NCBI GenBank assembly: GCA_964540015.1
Contig: CAZIKW010000002.1
Span: 1 to 34,172, forward strand
Length of the DNA stretch: 34,172 nucleotides
Source: an uncultured Methanosarcinales archaeon
GTDB taxonomy: Archaea > Nanobdellota > Nanobdellia > Woesearchaeales > UBA525
Direction of reading: 5' to 3'
Shown: piece after piece, positions 1-8,055 of the stretch
How positions within the stretch are numbered: the stretch's first letter is position 1
Layout: each line of letters begins with the position of its first letter
Notes under the pieces: model-generated
Database searches by the model: none
Seen by the model: the letters and a program-made list of their open reading frames with translations, nothing else
Told to the model about the DNA's origin: nothing
Translations under genes and position numbers: made by a program

Positions 1-29
1 TTTTAAGCACCAGAACCGGAAAGCAGGGT

Positions 30-713
30 ATGCGCCTCGACCTCACGCACACGCCATCCGCACCGACAGTCATCGTCGGCGTTCCCGGACTGGGGTTGGT
101 CGGCCCGATCGTCGTCGAGTTTCTCGTCGAGCACCTCAAGACCGAGCCGATAGGCACCTTCACGTACGATGAATTGCCGCCGACCGTCGCTATCCACAAG
201 GGCAAGCTCGTGCATCCGATGAGCGCGCACTACAGCAAAGAGAAGAACCTGTTGTTGCTCTACACTATTTTGAATCCTGGCGGTAATGAGTGGGCGCTCG
301 CGCACGAGATCGCACGTGTGGCGAAGCAGGTGAATGCAAAGGAAGTCATCGCGATCGATGCGGCGAACGCGGTCGGCGCGGAAGGGGAGAGCGTGTTCTC
401 GTTCGGGAACGCCGCGCTCTTGAAATTAGGCGCGCAGTCGATGGATGAAAGCGTCATCGGCGGGACGACCGGTGCATTGCTGGTTTCTCACCCGACCACG
501 TGCGTGTTCGCGAGCGCGCATCAGGAATTGCAAGACGCGAAAGCGGCCGCTGGCGTCGTGCAACTCTTGGACAAGCACCTCACGTTAGGCGTCGATTACC
601 ATCCGCTGCTCGAGCAGGCAGAGCACTTCGAGCAGAAGCTCAAAGGCTTGATCGCGCAAGGCAAGAAGTTGACGCAGGCGAAAGAGGATAGGGATTTAAG
701 CTACCTCGGCTGA
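30..713 (+). CDS. PAC2-family (COG1938-type) proteasome assembly chaperone-like protein
   Basis: 227-aa ORF. The N-terminal 'PTVIVGVPGLGLVG' strand-loop and overall length and layout resemble archaeal PAC2/PbaA-like proteins. Recognised by eye only. Confidence 0.65.
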   Translation: MRLDLTHTPSAPTVIVGVPGLGLVGPIVVEFLVEHLKTEPIGTFTYDELPPTVAIHKGKLVHPMSAHYSKEKNLLLLYTILNPGGNEWALAHEIARVAKQVNAKEVIAIDAANAVGAEGESVFSFGNAALLKLGAQSMDESVIGGTTGALLVSHPTTCVFASAHQELQDAKAAAGVVQLLDKHLTLGVDYHPLLEQAEHFEQKLKGLIAQGKKLTQAKEDRDLSYLG

Positions 714-728
714 CACGCAGCAACCGTC

Positions 729-1289
729 ATGGATCCCTTCACCGCAGCATTCCACGAGAGTATCGATGAGAAACAACTGCGTGAGCTCTACAAAATCGTT
801 TCTGATATCGGTTGCGAAGAGATCTTCCTCATGGGCGGGATGGTATATCGGAACATCATACAGACGATGTATGGCAAGAAATGCCCCGATGTGGATTTCG
901 ATTTCATCGTCGATACACTTCCTGAACCGCTGCAGATTCCCGGTTGGACGGTTACGAAAAATCGGTTCGGGAGTCCGAAGCTATCACGAGACGGTACATT
1001 CGTCGACATCTCGCCGTTACGAACCATGCCCTCGATAGTGCGTAAAGGGTGGCAACCGACGATAGAGAACCATCTTCTCGGGTCGCCGTTGAAACTGCAA
1101 TCGATGGTGTACTCCTTCACGCAAGATCTCGTTATCGGAGAAATAGGCAAACAAGCAATACTGGATCGTACAGTATCCGTGCATGACAAGAGCGAAGCGG
1201 AGAATGCCGCGATGAAGAAAGGGCTTTCTCTTCATGACTTCATCAAACAAAAAGCGCAAAGCGTTGGGTTCACGCCAAGTTACGACTGA
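729..1289 (+). CDS. Small nucleotidyltransferase-fold protein (Pol-beta superfamily-like)
   Basis: 186-aa ORF with 'LMGGMVYRN' followed by 'PDVDFDFIV' (G[GS]...DxD NTase signature, laid out like the head domain of CCA-adding/poly(A) polymerase enzymes). Its 3' end overlaps the convergent Lrp gene by 20 nt. Confidence 0.5.
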   Translation: MDPFTAAFHESIDEKQLRELYKIVSDIGCEEIFLMGGMVYRNIIQTMYGKKCPDVDFDFIVDTLPEPLQIPGWTVTKNRFGSPKLSRDGTFVDISPLRTMPSIVRKGWQPTIENHLLGSPLKLQSMVYSFTQDLVIGEIGKQAILDRTVSVHDKSEAENAAMKKGLSLHDFIKQKAQSVGFTPSYD

Positions 1290-2259
1290 GCACTGCTGCA
1301 GCACGATCGCGCAACACCGGTATCAGGTTCGCGGGCAGCGGCTCCACCTTGAAGTAATCGGCCGCTTGCAGTATCTCGACGCGCGCGGCGGCATCACGTT
1401 CTGCGATACGGCTCGTGAACGCGAACAACGGTCGTTGGTCCGGCGGCATATAGAACATGAACAATCCGTCGTGCGTCTCGTAGATGAAACCACTGTAGGG
1501 GTCTGAACGTAAGTACGGAATCATCGATTTCTTTGAGGACGGCGAGAGCTGCAGCTTCACGAAATAGACGAGCATGCCCATCTTGAAGACATTGATGCCG
1601 TAACGGAATTTCAGTATCACGCCGGATTGCTGCAGCGCCGCAATCCGAAGGCGTACGGAGTTCCTGTCGATGCCGGTTCGTTCGGCGATCTGCGAGAACG
1701 TGCTAAGAGGGTTCTCCGCGAGGTGGGCGAGGAGTTTGTAGTCGGACGGCCGTAGCGCTATCGATCCGCGTTCGGGGAGCGGAATCGGCCGCAGATCGAG
1801 ATGGTACGGGTTGTAATCGTCGGGGATGAATCGCGTGATACCATGCACGGTGAAATGCGCGTCCGCGAGATGGTCTTTGCAGAACGCATCCAAATCAGCC
1901 GTGCTGACGATAAGGAGGTATTGGTTGCGGCTGAGGATACGGAAGTACATGATGAGCGCCGGGTTCTCAAGGAGCGCATCGGCGGCTTCTTGCTCCAGGC
2001 GCTCCACAAGAATGACGGCGTTCTGGAATCCGAGCATGACCAAGTCGAGGTTCATGGCTGGCGAGAGGATCTCCGTTAGCAGCCTGCGCACCTTGTAATG
2101 CACCCGCTCAGGCGAGATGCGAAGGGATTTCGCGAGCTTGCGCTGCGGCATACGCAAGTCTTGCGACAGGTGATAGATGAGCTTCTTATCGTAGATATCG
2201 AGCTTGATCGGTGTCGACGTGTTTTTCGCGATGACGACCATTTTATCGTACAAATGCAT
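1270..2259 (-). CDS. Tandem (duplicated) Lrp/AsnC-type HTH transcriptional regulator
   Basis: 329-aa ORF with two HTH segments ('DKKLIYHLSQDLRMPQRKLAKSLRISPERVHYKVRRL' and 'DYKLLAHLAENPLSTFSQIAERTGIDRNSVRLRIAALQ'), each followed by a RAM-like region. The TATA-like 'TTTATAAG' (complement of 2263-2270) is only a few nt from the 2259 ATG, so the in-frame Met at 2241 (MVVIAKN...) may be the leaderless start. Confidence 0.7.
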   Translation of the reverse strand: MHLYDKMVVIAKNTSTPIKLDIYDKKLIYHLSQDLRMPQRKLAKSLRISPERVHYKVRRLLTEILSPAMNLDLVMLGFQNAVILVERLEQEAADALLENPALIMYFRILSRNQYLLIVSTADLDAFCKDHLADAHFTVHGITRFIPDDYNPYHLDLRPIPLPERGSIALRPSDYKLLAHLAENPLSTFSQIAERTGIDRNSVRLRIAALQQSGVILKFRYGINVFKMGMLVYFVKLQLSPSSKKSMIPYLRSDPYSGFIYETHDGLFMFYMPPDQRPLFAFTSRIAERDAAARVEILQAADYFKVEPLPANLIPVLRDRAAAVLSRNLA

Positions 2260-2303
2260 ATTTACTTATAAATATGCCTGCAAATATGAAGATTTACAGT
2301 AAG

Positions 2304-2311
2304 ATAATATA
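2304..2311 (+). promoter_or_regulatory. TATA-like box upstream of the small repeat ORF / radical-SAM gene
   Basis: 'ATAATATA' in the only A/T-rich stretch of the divergent intergenic region, about 30-40 nt upstream of GTG 2340 / ATG 2349. Confidence 0.4.
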
Positions 2312-2348
2312 ACTTCTTGAAAGCACTCCTTCTTGTCAGGTGATACAC

Positions 2349-2612
2349 ATGCCAACGACGAACAACGGGTCCAGAGGCGTTCCCCGCTACGAATGCACGG
2401 GCGCGAACAACGGATCCTTCGGAATGCCCCGCCACGATACCGCGGGCGCAAATACCGGATCCTCAGGAGTGCCGCGCAAGCCGACAGAGGAGTCCTCTGA
2501 GAACGCACACGCGTCACCGCTTGAGACCACGGTCGAACGCGAGAGTGTCCGACGCGATGCTACGCGCGATTCCACGACCGTTTACGGCGAACCAACGCGC
2601 AAGTACGAGTAA
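2349..2612 (+). CDS. Small ORF (87 aa) with three tandem 15-aa repeats N-x-G-S-x-G-[VM]-P-R; candidate precursor peptide or orphan protein
   Basis: ATG 2349 (alternative GTG 2340) to TAA 2610-2612. Third-position GC is high, as in neighbouring genes. The repeat copies differ by synonymous changes at conserved Gly and Pro codons (GGG/GGA/GGA, GGC/GGA/GGA, CCC/CCC/CCG). It ends 37 nt before the radical-SAM start, which has its own GGGGG ribosome-binding site. Confidence 0.35.
   Translation: MPTTNNGSRGVPRYECTGANNGSFGMPRHDTAGANTGSSGVPRKPTEESSENAHASPLETTVERESVRRDATRDSTTVYGEPTRKYE
2361..2495 (+). repeat. Degenerate 45-bp tandem repeat, about 2.6-3 copies
   Basis: Copies at 2361-2405, 2406-2450 and 2451-2495. 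By hand alignment, copy 1 vs copy 2 matches at 32/45 positions, and copy 2 vs copy 3 matches at 21 of the first 27 positions before decaying. Confidence 0.8.
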
Positions 2613-2649
2613 ATCCTTCTTTTCTTCATATCACATAGGGGGTTGAACG

Positions 2650-3846
2650 ATGCGCGAGACCACACAGAATGCTGCCGCGACGTGGCTTGCTGCCATACCA
2701 GAACTCGCAAAGCAAGAGCGTGTGACATCAACCGATATCGACGAGTGCATCGAGAACTTCTCACACAGCCTATTGCAGAAGGAACCGCCGCAGCTCGTCA
2801 ATGCGCTTCTTGAGCGCGCGTGCAATCTCCAATGCACGCACTGCCTGCTTCCTGCGCATGCGGGAACGACGAGCATCTCAAAAGCAGCAGGGCTTGATCG
2901 CATCCTCGAGAATCTCGTGACGCAACTCGGCGAAGTACCCGCCACGGGCAACGGGTGGGCTCCTGCATTCCTGCACGAAGGGCGCATCGTGCGACCGTGG
3001 CATCTCGAAGTCATGGCGCGGCTCAAGGAATCCGCTCCGAAGGTCACGTACGGTCTTATCGATAACGGCTCCTATACGCAACTCTTGCGGGAGTTTTCCC
3101 GATATCGCATCCAGCTCGATTGGCTCGACATCTCCTGCGACGGCACGCGCGAAAGCCATAACGCGCAGCGTGATCCTCGCGGAACATCGTACGATGCAGT
3201 ATTGAATGGCCTCGCGCACGCGAGAGAGATCGTGAAACCGCAAGGTAGGGTAACCTCACTTATGACGCTCACCTCACTCAACTATGCCGATATCCCCGCG
3301 GTCGCGGAGACACTTCTCGGCTGCTCGCTCGTCGATGAGTTGCATGTCACCACGATGAGCCCGAAACTCACCGTGAATTACACGATCGATCTGGAGCAAC
3401 GGCAAGTCGCAACGGCGTTCGAAGATGTCGTGAAGCTCTCACGCGAGCAACGCGTGTATTTCCGCCTATACAACACGAAGCATCTCGGATATATCGCCAA
3501 GCACGTTGGGCAAACGGCGATGCAGACGGCGTTCACGAAGGCCACTGCCTATGACCACGGCATCATCGGCCTCCCTATCGAAGGCATGGTTGTGTACTAC
3601 GCACCGAGCAGCCTCTGGCCAGCGGAAGGCATTTTCGTCGACGTGAACGGTGCGCAGCGCGTCGCGTACGCGCAAGGCAACACGCTCGCGCAACTGGAAG
3701 ACCCCGTGCACGAGACGTATACGGTGCAGCAACTGACGCCGAACAGTTCTCTGATGGACGCGCACACCGCGAGCGTGCGGCAGTGGGCAAATCATTTCAT
3801 GAAGGGTTTTGTCAAGCAGGAAATAGCAATCTTGGCGGGGATTTGA
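2650..3846 (+). CDS. Radical SAM enzyme (no obvious SPASM/B12 domain)
   Basis: 398 aa. 'ERACNLQCTHCLL' contains the CX3CX2C radical-SAM cluster motif about 60 aa from the N terminus. 'GGGGG' lies 7 nt upstream of the ATG. Confidence 0.8.
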   Translation: MRETTQNAAATWLAAIPELAKQERVTSTDIDECIENFSHSLLQKEPPQLVNALLERACNLQCTHCLLPAHAGTTSISKAAGLDRILENLVTQLGEVPATGNGWAPAFLHEGRIVRPWHLEVMARLKESAPKVTYGLIDNGSYTQLLREFSRYRIQLDWLDISCDGTRESHNAQRDPRGTSYDAVLNGLAHAREIVKPQGRVTSLMTLTSLNYADIPAVAETLLGCSLVDELHVTTMSPKLTVNYTIDLEQRQVATAFEDVVKLSREQRVYFRLYNTKHLGYIAKHVGQTAMQTAFTKATAYDHGIIGLPIEGMVVYYAPSSLWPAEGIFVDVNGAQRVAYAQGNTLAQLEDPVHETYTVQQLTPNSSLMDAHTASVRQWANHFMKGFVKQEIAILAGI

Positions 3847-3897
3847 GGTACCGGGGTTAACAGCGCGTGGTGAGATACACCACCAACACTCATCATA

Positions 3898-3905
3898 TTT
3901 ATATA
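3898..3905 (+). promoter_or_regulatory. TATA box for the Nudix gene (leaderless arrangement)
   Basis: 'TTTATATA' centred about 28 nt upstream of ATG 3929. Confidence 0.55.
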
Positions 3906-3928
3906 CGAAACCCGACTGCCATCACGTT

Positions 3929-4399
3929 ATGAAAAACCGTATCCGCGTTGGCGTTTTTCTCTTCAAAGACCACAAGGTATTGCTCATCAAACACGTCAAT
4001 CCCGAAACGGGCGAGACGTGGTGGGTCCCTCCGGGCGGCGGTATCCAGGGGGCAGAAAGCATCTTTGAAGCCGCGAAGCGCGAAGCGAAGGAAGAAGCGA
4101 ACCTCGATATCGAGACGGGCAAGGTCTGCTACGTCCGTCAATTCATCTACGAAGAGTTCGACCAGAACAATGCCGATTTCTATATCACGGCCAAAGTCGT
4201 CGGCGGAGACGAGCACATCGGGAATCTCAAGGGAATGGGCGGCGACGAGCACTTCATCAAGGAGCTCAAATATTTCTCGCAAAAGGAAATCGCGGACATC
4301 ACTGTCTATCCATCCGTACTACGCGACATCGTCTGGCAAGATCTCGCGAAAGGATTCCCGGAACTGAAATTCCTCGGCGTACAGGCACAGGGCGATTAG
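3929..4399 (+). CDS. Nudix hydrolase
   Basis: 156 aa. Canonical Nudix box 'GGGIQGAESIFEAAKREAKEEANL' (GX5EX7REUXEEXGU). Confidence 0.85.
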   Translation: MKNRIRVGVFLFKDHKVLLIKHVNPETGETWWVPPGGGIQGAESIFEAAKREAKEEANLDIETGKVCYVRQFIYEEFDQNNADFYITAKVVGGDEHIGNLKGMGGDEHFIKELKYFSQKEIADITVYPSVLRDIVWQDLAKGFPELKFLGVQAQGD

Positions 4400-5004
4400 C
4401 GCTGCAATACGAACGCCAGGAATTGGTATCCGTCGATATCGAATTGCGATTGGAGACGTTGCCACTCGCTCGGTTCGTGATGGAAGCCGAATTCATCAAC
4501 GATACGCGCTACTGGTGAGAGGATGTTTCGCCATTTCCGCGCAGTCAGGAATCGCTCGTCACCGTAGGTGCGTTGATCATCGCGATACTGGCGCGACGGA
4601 ATAGAGACGATGACTGTCTGCGCCACACGCAACTGCTCGCGAGCATACACGCGGATACGGTCATCACTGAAGTGCTCGAGAACGCCGTTACTGAAGCTGA
4701 CATCGAAGGTATCTGCGGGGAACGGCAACGCCCCTATATCGCTGACGATTGCAGGAATACCGATGACGTGCTTCGCGAGCAATACGGTGCGATGGTCGCT
4801 ATCAACGCCCAACGCCGGTATTCCTTGTGCTTGTAGGAACGCGATCGACGTCCCCGTGCCGCATCCCGCTTCAAGTACAAGCCCGTTGTTTTGGTGCTCC
4901 ATCACTTTCTCCAAGAGTGGCAGCTTGTACGTCGTTTTCTCCCGTATGATCTGCGACACACTGCGGTCGAGCAAATAGCTCTCATGGATAGTGGACCAGT
5001 TCAT
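4396..5004 (-). CDS. Class I SAM-dependent methyltransferase
   Basis: 'VLEAGCGTGTS' SAM-binding motif I and 'NGVLEHF' post-II motif. The start at 5004 (MNWSTIH...) forms an ATGA overlap with the upstream kinase stop. The ORF track's 5019 start is an in-frame alternative. Confidence 0.85.
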   Translation of the reverse strand: MNWSTIHESYLLDRSVSQIIREKTTYKLPLLEKVMEHQNNGLVLEAGCGTGTSIAFLQAQGIPALGVDSDHRTVLLAKHVIGIPAIVSDIGALPFPADTFDVSFSNGVLEHFSDDRIRVYAREQLRVAQTVIVSIPSRQYRDDQRTYGDERFLTARKWRNILSPVARIVDEFGFHHEPSEWQRLQSQFDIDGYQFLAFVLQR

Positions 5005-5585
5005 CGGAGCACCATACAAACGGCAGATATCACGTCGACTGATCCCGTATCCACAATCGCCAACGCTTGCTCGAGAACACGGTCTGCATCCTGTGAAGCG
5101 TCGATCATGGAGAGAGGTACACGTTCAGCGAGTCGACCATAGAACTCATTCACCGCGTTCACGTAGGTCACATCGTAAAAAATCGCTGCAGTGCCTTTTG
5201 GAGTTTCCCGCTCGCCACGCAATGCTCGTCGTCTCACCAGCTCGCTTCCACCAACAAGCACGATCCTACACGGTGGACTGATGGGATTGCTCGTTTGCAG
5301 CCAATCGGAAAATGGGCGTCGCATATCCTCGAGACCACACGCGTGTGCCGCGTACGTATGCGCGGCAAGAGAAAGGATGCTACGATCCAGCACCGCATCA
5401 TGCACCACGGTTTTAGCGCGGCGGAGCTCAGCGTCGAGATAGGCCTCGTGGATTTCCCAAACTGATCCTACGCGTTCACGCACGAACGCGCTATGCTCAG
5501 GTACGAATACGTATCCTTTCCGACCAGCCAGCGCGCGCGCAAGGGTCGTTTTTCCTGTATAGACATTACCGTCGATCGAGATCAT
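5001..5585 (-). CDS. P-loop nucleoside/nucleotide kinase-like protein (dNK/dTMP-kinase fold)
   Basis: 'ISIDGNVYTGKTTLARAL' Walker A at the N terminus and 'LDRS' (equivalent of the ERS motif of deoxynucleoside kinases). The start at 5585 forms an ATGA overlap with the stop of the upstream radical-SAM gene. Confidence 0.65.
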   Translation of the reverse strand: MISIDGNVYTGKTTLARALAGRKGYVFVPEHSAFVRERVGSVWEIHEAYLDAELRRAKTVVHDAVLDRSILSLAAHTYAAHACGLEDMRRPFSDWLQTSNPISPPCRIVLVGGSELVRRRALRGERETPKGTAAIFYDVTYVNAVNEFYGRLAERVPLSMIDASQDADRVLEQALAIVDTGSVDVISAVCMVLR

Positions 5586-6436
5586 AGGGCGAGCTTGCAC
5601 CTCTTGCAAATCTCCGGCGAGGGCGTGTTAAGGTCGTACACGGCTGTTCTCGCCGCCGTATATTCTGGAGACCACCAGATATCCGCAAGCGACTGCTGTG
5701 TCGCATTGCCGAGGATTTGCGTCTTTCGCCAATCTTGGCAGCACAAGATAGCGTTGCCATCGACATCGATATGCATGCGCTCGATCGGGCGATGCTGCTC
5801 GCAACCGCGCGTTTTCGGTTTCCACGTGGCATTCGTGTATTTATCGACATTCCCGGCGCGATCGAGGAACCCCCAGTGATGGAATATGATGCCGTTCTGC
5901 TTGCAGTAACTTGTCGCCGCCTCGACCTCTTGCGCAGACGCGGCCGGATGATCGATCATGATAAGGCTGAGATCGCCCACCGACCGACGGAACGCATCGT
6001 CATGGACGGTCTCCTCCAAGCGTCGCCAAGCGCGTTCCCAGTTCAATCCGGGCATAACGGACTCGTACGACGATTTCGTAAAACCGAAGAAGCTCATGCG
6101 GAAATCGTTAATCGCCAGATCCGTTATTTGTTGTCGCTTCTTCTCTGTGAAAGGAGAGAGATTCGTGGATATTTCTATCATCGAGGATGGATATAACTCG
6201 CGTATGGAGCGCACTATCTCTGGGAAGCGCGGATCAAGGAACGGCTCGTTATTGAGATATGGGATAATCCGTTCAATGCCACCGAGTTGCGATAGGATGT
6301 GTTCCAATAGTCCGGCATCCATGAGTTTCGTTCCGTACTCCGCCGCCACATCCGGATGCGGACAGATGGTGCACGCGGCATTGCAATGGCTCGCCGTCTG
6401 GATCTCTATTGCTCGAGGTCGCGGAGGAACGTTCAT
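5582..6436 (-). CDS. Radical SAM enzyme with C-terminal twitch/partial-SPASM-like Cys motif
   Basis: 284 aa. 'SHCNAACTICPH' (CX3CX2C) and 'LNNEPFLD' (GGEP-like). The C terminus has 'C-X14-G-X4-CC' plus 'CKRC'. ATGA overlap with the upstream B12-rSAM stop (6433-6436). Confidence 0.8.
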   Translation of the reverse strand: MNVPPRPRAIEIQTASHCNAACTICPHPDVAAEYGTKLMDAGLLEHILSQLGGIERIIPYLNNEPFLDPRFPEIVRSIRELYPSSMIEISTNLSPFTEKKRQQITDLAINDFRMSFFGFTKSSYESVMPGLNWERAWRRLEETVHDDAFRRSVGDLSLIMIDHPAASAQEVEAATSYCKQNGIIFHHWGFLDRAGNVDKYTNATWKPKTRGCEQHRPIERMHIDVDGNAILCCQDWRKTQILGNATQQSLADIWWSPEYTAARTAVYDLNTPSPEICKRCKLAL

Positions 6437-8055
6437 TCGATCCCCTCCTTGCCCGTGAACACTTCCCGGATAGGTCGGCTACCGCATACTTTCGTGATAT
6501 CATCGACGAGCATGCCCCATATCACCGCGAGTTCAGCGCCATGGTCAGCAAGCACCCTATCGTGTTTCCTGAACGCCTCGAGGATCATTTCCGGGTCTGC
6601 TCCGCTTGCCGCCGCATCATACGCATCGATAAGTGCAGCATACACGAGCTCATCCGTGCGCGCATACATTTCGTCGAAGCGGGCAGCGAGCGCCTTGACC
6701 TCCTCGGTATGCTGCGGGCAAGCGCGTTGCGCGATCGTAGTGAGGAGCCGCCCGCTGACGCAATGATATTCGAGGAAATATCCTTTTGATGTTTCGAAGA
6801 ACGTGCGAACGGCATTGAAGAGCGCTTCTGTATCTGCATGCTTCCAGGAGTAGCCGTAAATCAGATCCCGGTACGTCGTACCCCACACCATGCCGGTGGC
6901 TTTGAGGTCTTCAAGCAGGCGAGAGCCAGGGACAAGCCTGGGCGCCTCGATGAGGACGCCGAGCCGGCACAGCTTCTGGATGGAGTGGAGATACTCGATA
7001 TTGCGGCGGATATCCTTCAAAGGCGCCGTCGGTTCGAACGTGATAAAACCGAGGTGGACATTTACACCGTGCTCGTGTAATGTTGTCCACGTCCTGTCAG
7101 CCATGGACGGGGTAATCATCTTATTGAACGTGACTAGACTATCTTGCGCGTTATTTTCCACACCCAAAAATACCCTGACTAGTCCTGCACGCACCAGCAA
7201 GTCCAGAAGCTCTGGGGAAGGGAACGGGTTACAGCGCAAGTAGACATAGAAATGAATATCGAGCTTCCGTTCAAGCAATTCTTCGCAGATCTGACGTATA
7301 CGTTCATCGTCAAAGGGACCAGACCAGAACATCGGATCATTGAAAATAAAGAGCGTTTTCCCGTACCGTTCCTTGATCTGCTGCACCTCATCAACAAGAT
7401 GCTTCGCGCTGCGCACGGGCCGTCGCGTACCTCTCTGCTGAGCGTGATATATGGGGACATGGCAGAAGCTACAATTGAACATGCAGCCGCGCGACGCCTC
7501 GATATTGACATACCCTACCTTCTCCTTCTCCTCGATATCGCGTGCGGGGAACGGCATATCATCAGGTAGCGTCGCCATCATGCGTTTCCCCGTGTCAACA
7601 ATTTCTCCCGATGGCATACGCCAGAGCCCACCCACACAGTTCGCATCCCACGCCAGTGCCGCATCCATGGAAGCGAGAAGCTCGCACGCCGTCTCTTCCG
7701 GATACCCATACAGGATCCCATCGAGCCATTCCTGTTCCGCGAGAATACCTTGCGCGTTCATGCTCGCGAACGGTCCGCACAAAAAGACACGTTTCACCGC
7801 ACCATGCGCCTTCGCGGCTCGGAGAAGCGGGAGCAACTCCGCGTAATCCTTGAAGTTCGGCTTCGCGATAATGATGTCCGGCGATCCCCGTACGATATTT
7901 TTTGCGCTATCGAGCGCACCGCGTTCAAGGAGACACTGCTCGACAGCATAGTTCGCTTGTCGTAGGAACGCCGCCACATATCCCATCGTCAGGGACGCCG
8001 CCGATTGGGAGTAGAGCGTGCGATAGAACACGAGCTTAACGCGTAACAAGAGCAT
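6433..8055 (-). CDS. B12-binding-domain (class B-like) radical SAM enzyme
   Basis: About 540 aa. The N-terminal ~170 aa form a Rossmann-like region typical of cobalamin-binding rSAMs, followed by 'EASRGCMFNCSFCHV' (CX3CX2C). GGAGGTG lies directly upstream of ATG 8055. The exact start is uncertain (GTG 8058, ATG 8055 or TTG 8049). The 5' end overlaps the GT2 3' end. Confidence 0.85.
   Translation of the reverse strand: MLLLRVKLVFYRTLYSQSAASLTMGYVAAFLRQANYAVEQCLLERGALDSAKNIVRGSPDIIIAKPNFKDYAELLPLLRAAKAHGAVKRVFLCGPFASMNAQGILAEQEWLDGILYGYPEETACELLASMDAALAWDANCVGGLWRMPSGEIVDTGKRMMATLPDDMPFPARDIEEKEKVGYVNIEASRGCMFNCSFCHVPIYHAQQRGTRRPVRSAKHLVDEVQQIKERYGKTLFIFNDPMFWSGPFDDERIRQICEELLERKLDIHFYVYLRCNPFPSPELLDLLVRAGLVRVFLGVENNAQDSLVTFNKMITPSMADRTWTTLHEHGVNVHLGFITFEPTAPLKDIRRNIEYLHSIQKLCRLGVLIEAPRLVPGSRLLEDLKATGMVWGTTYRDLIYGYSWKHADTEALFNAVRTFFETSKGYFLEYHCVSGRLLTTIAQRACPQHTEEVKALAARFDEMYARTDELVYAALIDAYDAAASGADPEMILEAFRKHDRVLADHGAELAVIWGMLVDDITKVCGSRPIREVFTGKEGIE

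Noticed and set aside
696-713. C-terminal HbYX proteasome-docking motif in the PAC2-like protein
   Set aside because: The C terminus is ...LSYLG, which places Tyr at -3 rather than the penultimate position. It does not fit HbYX strictly.
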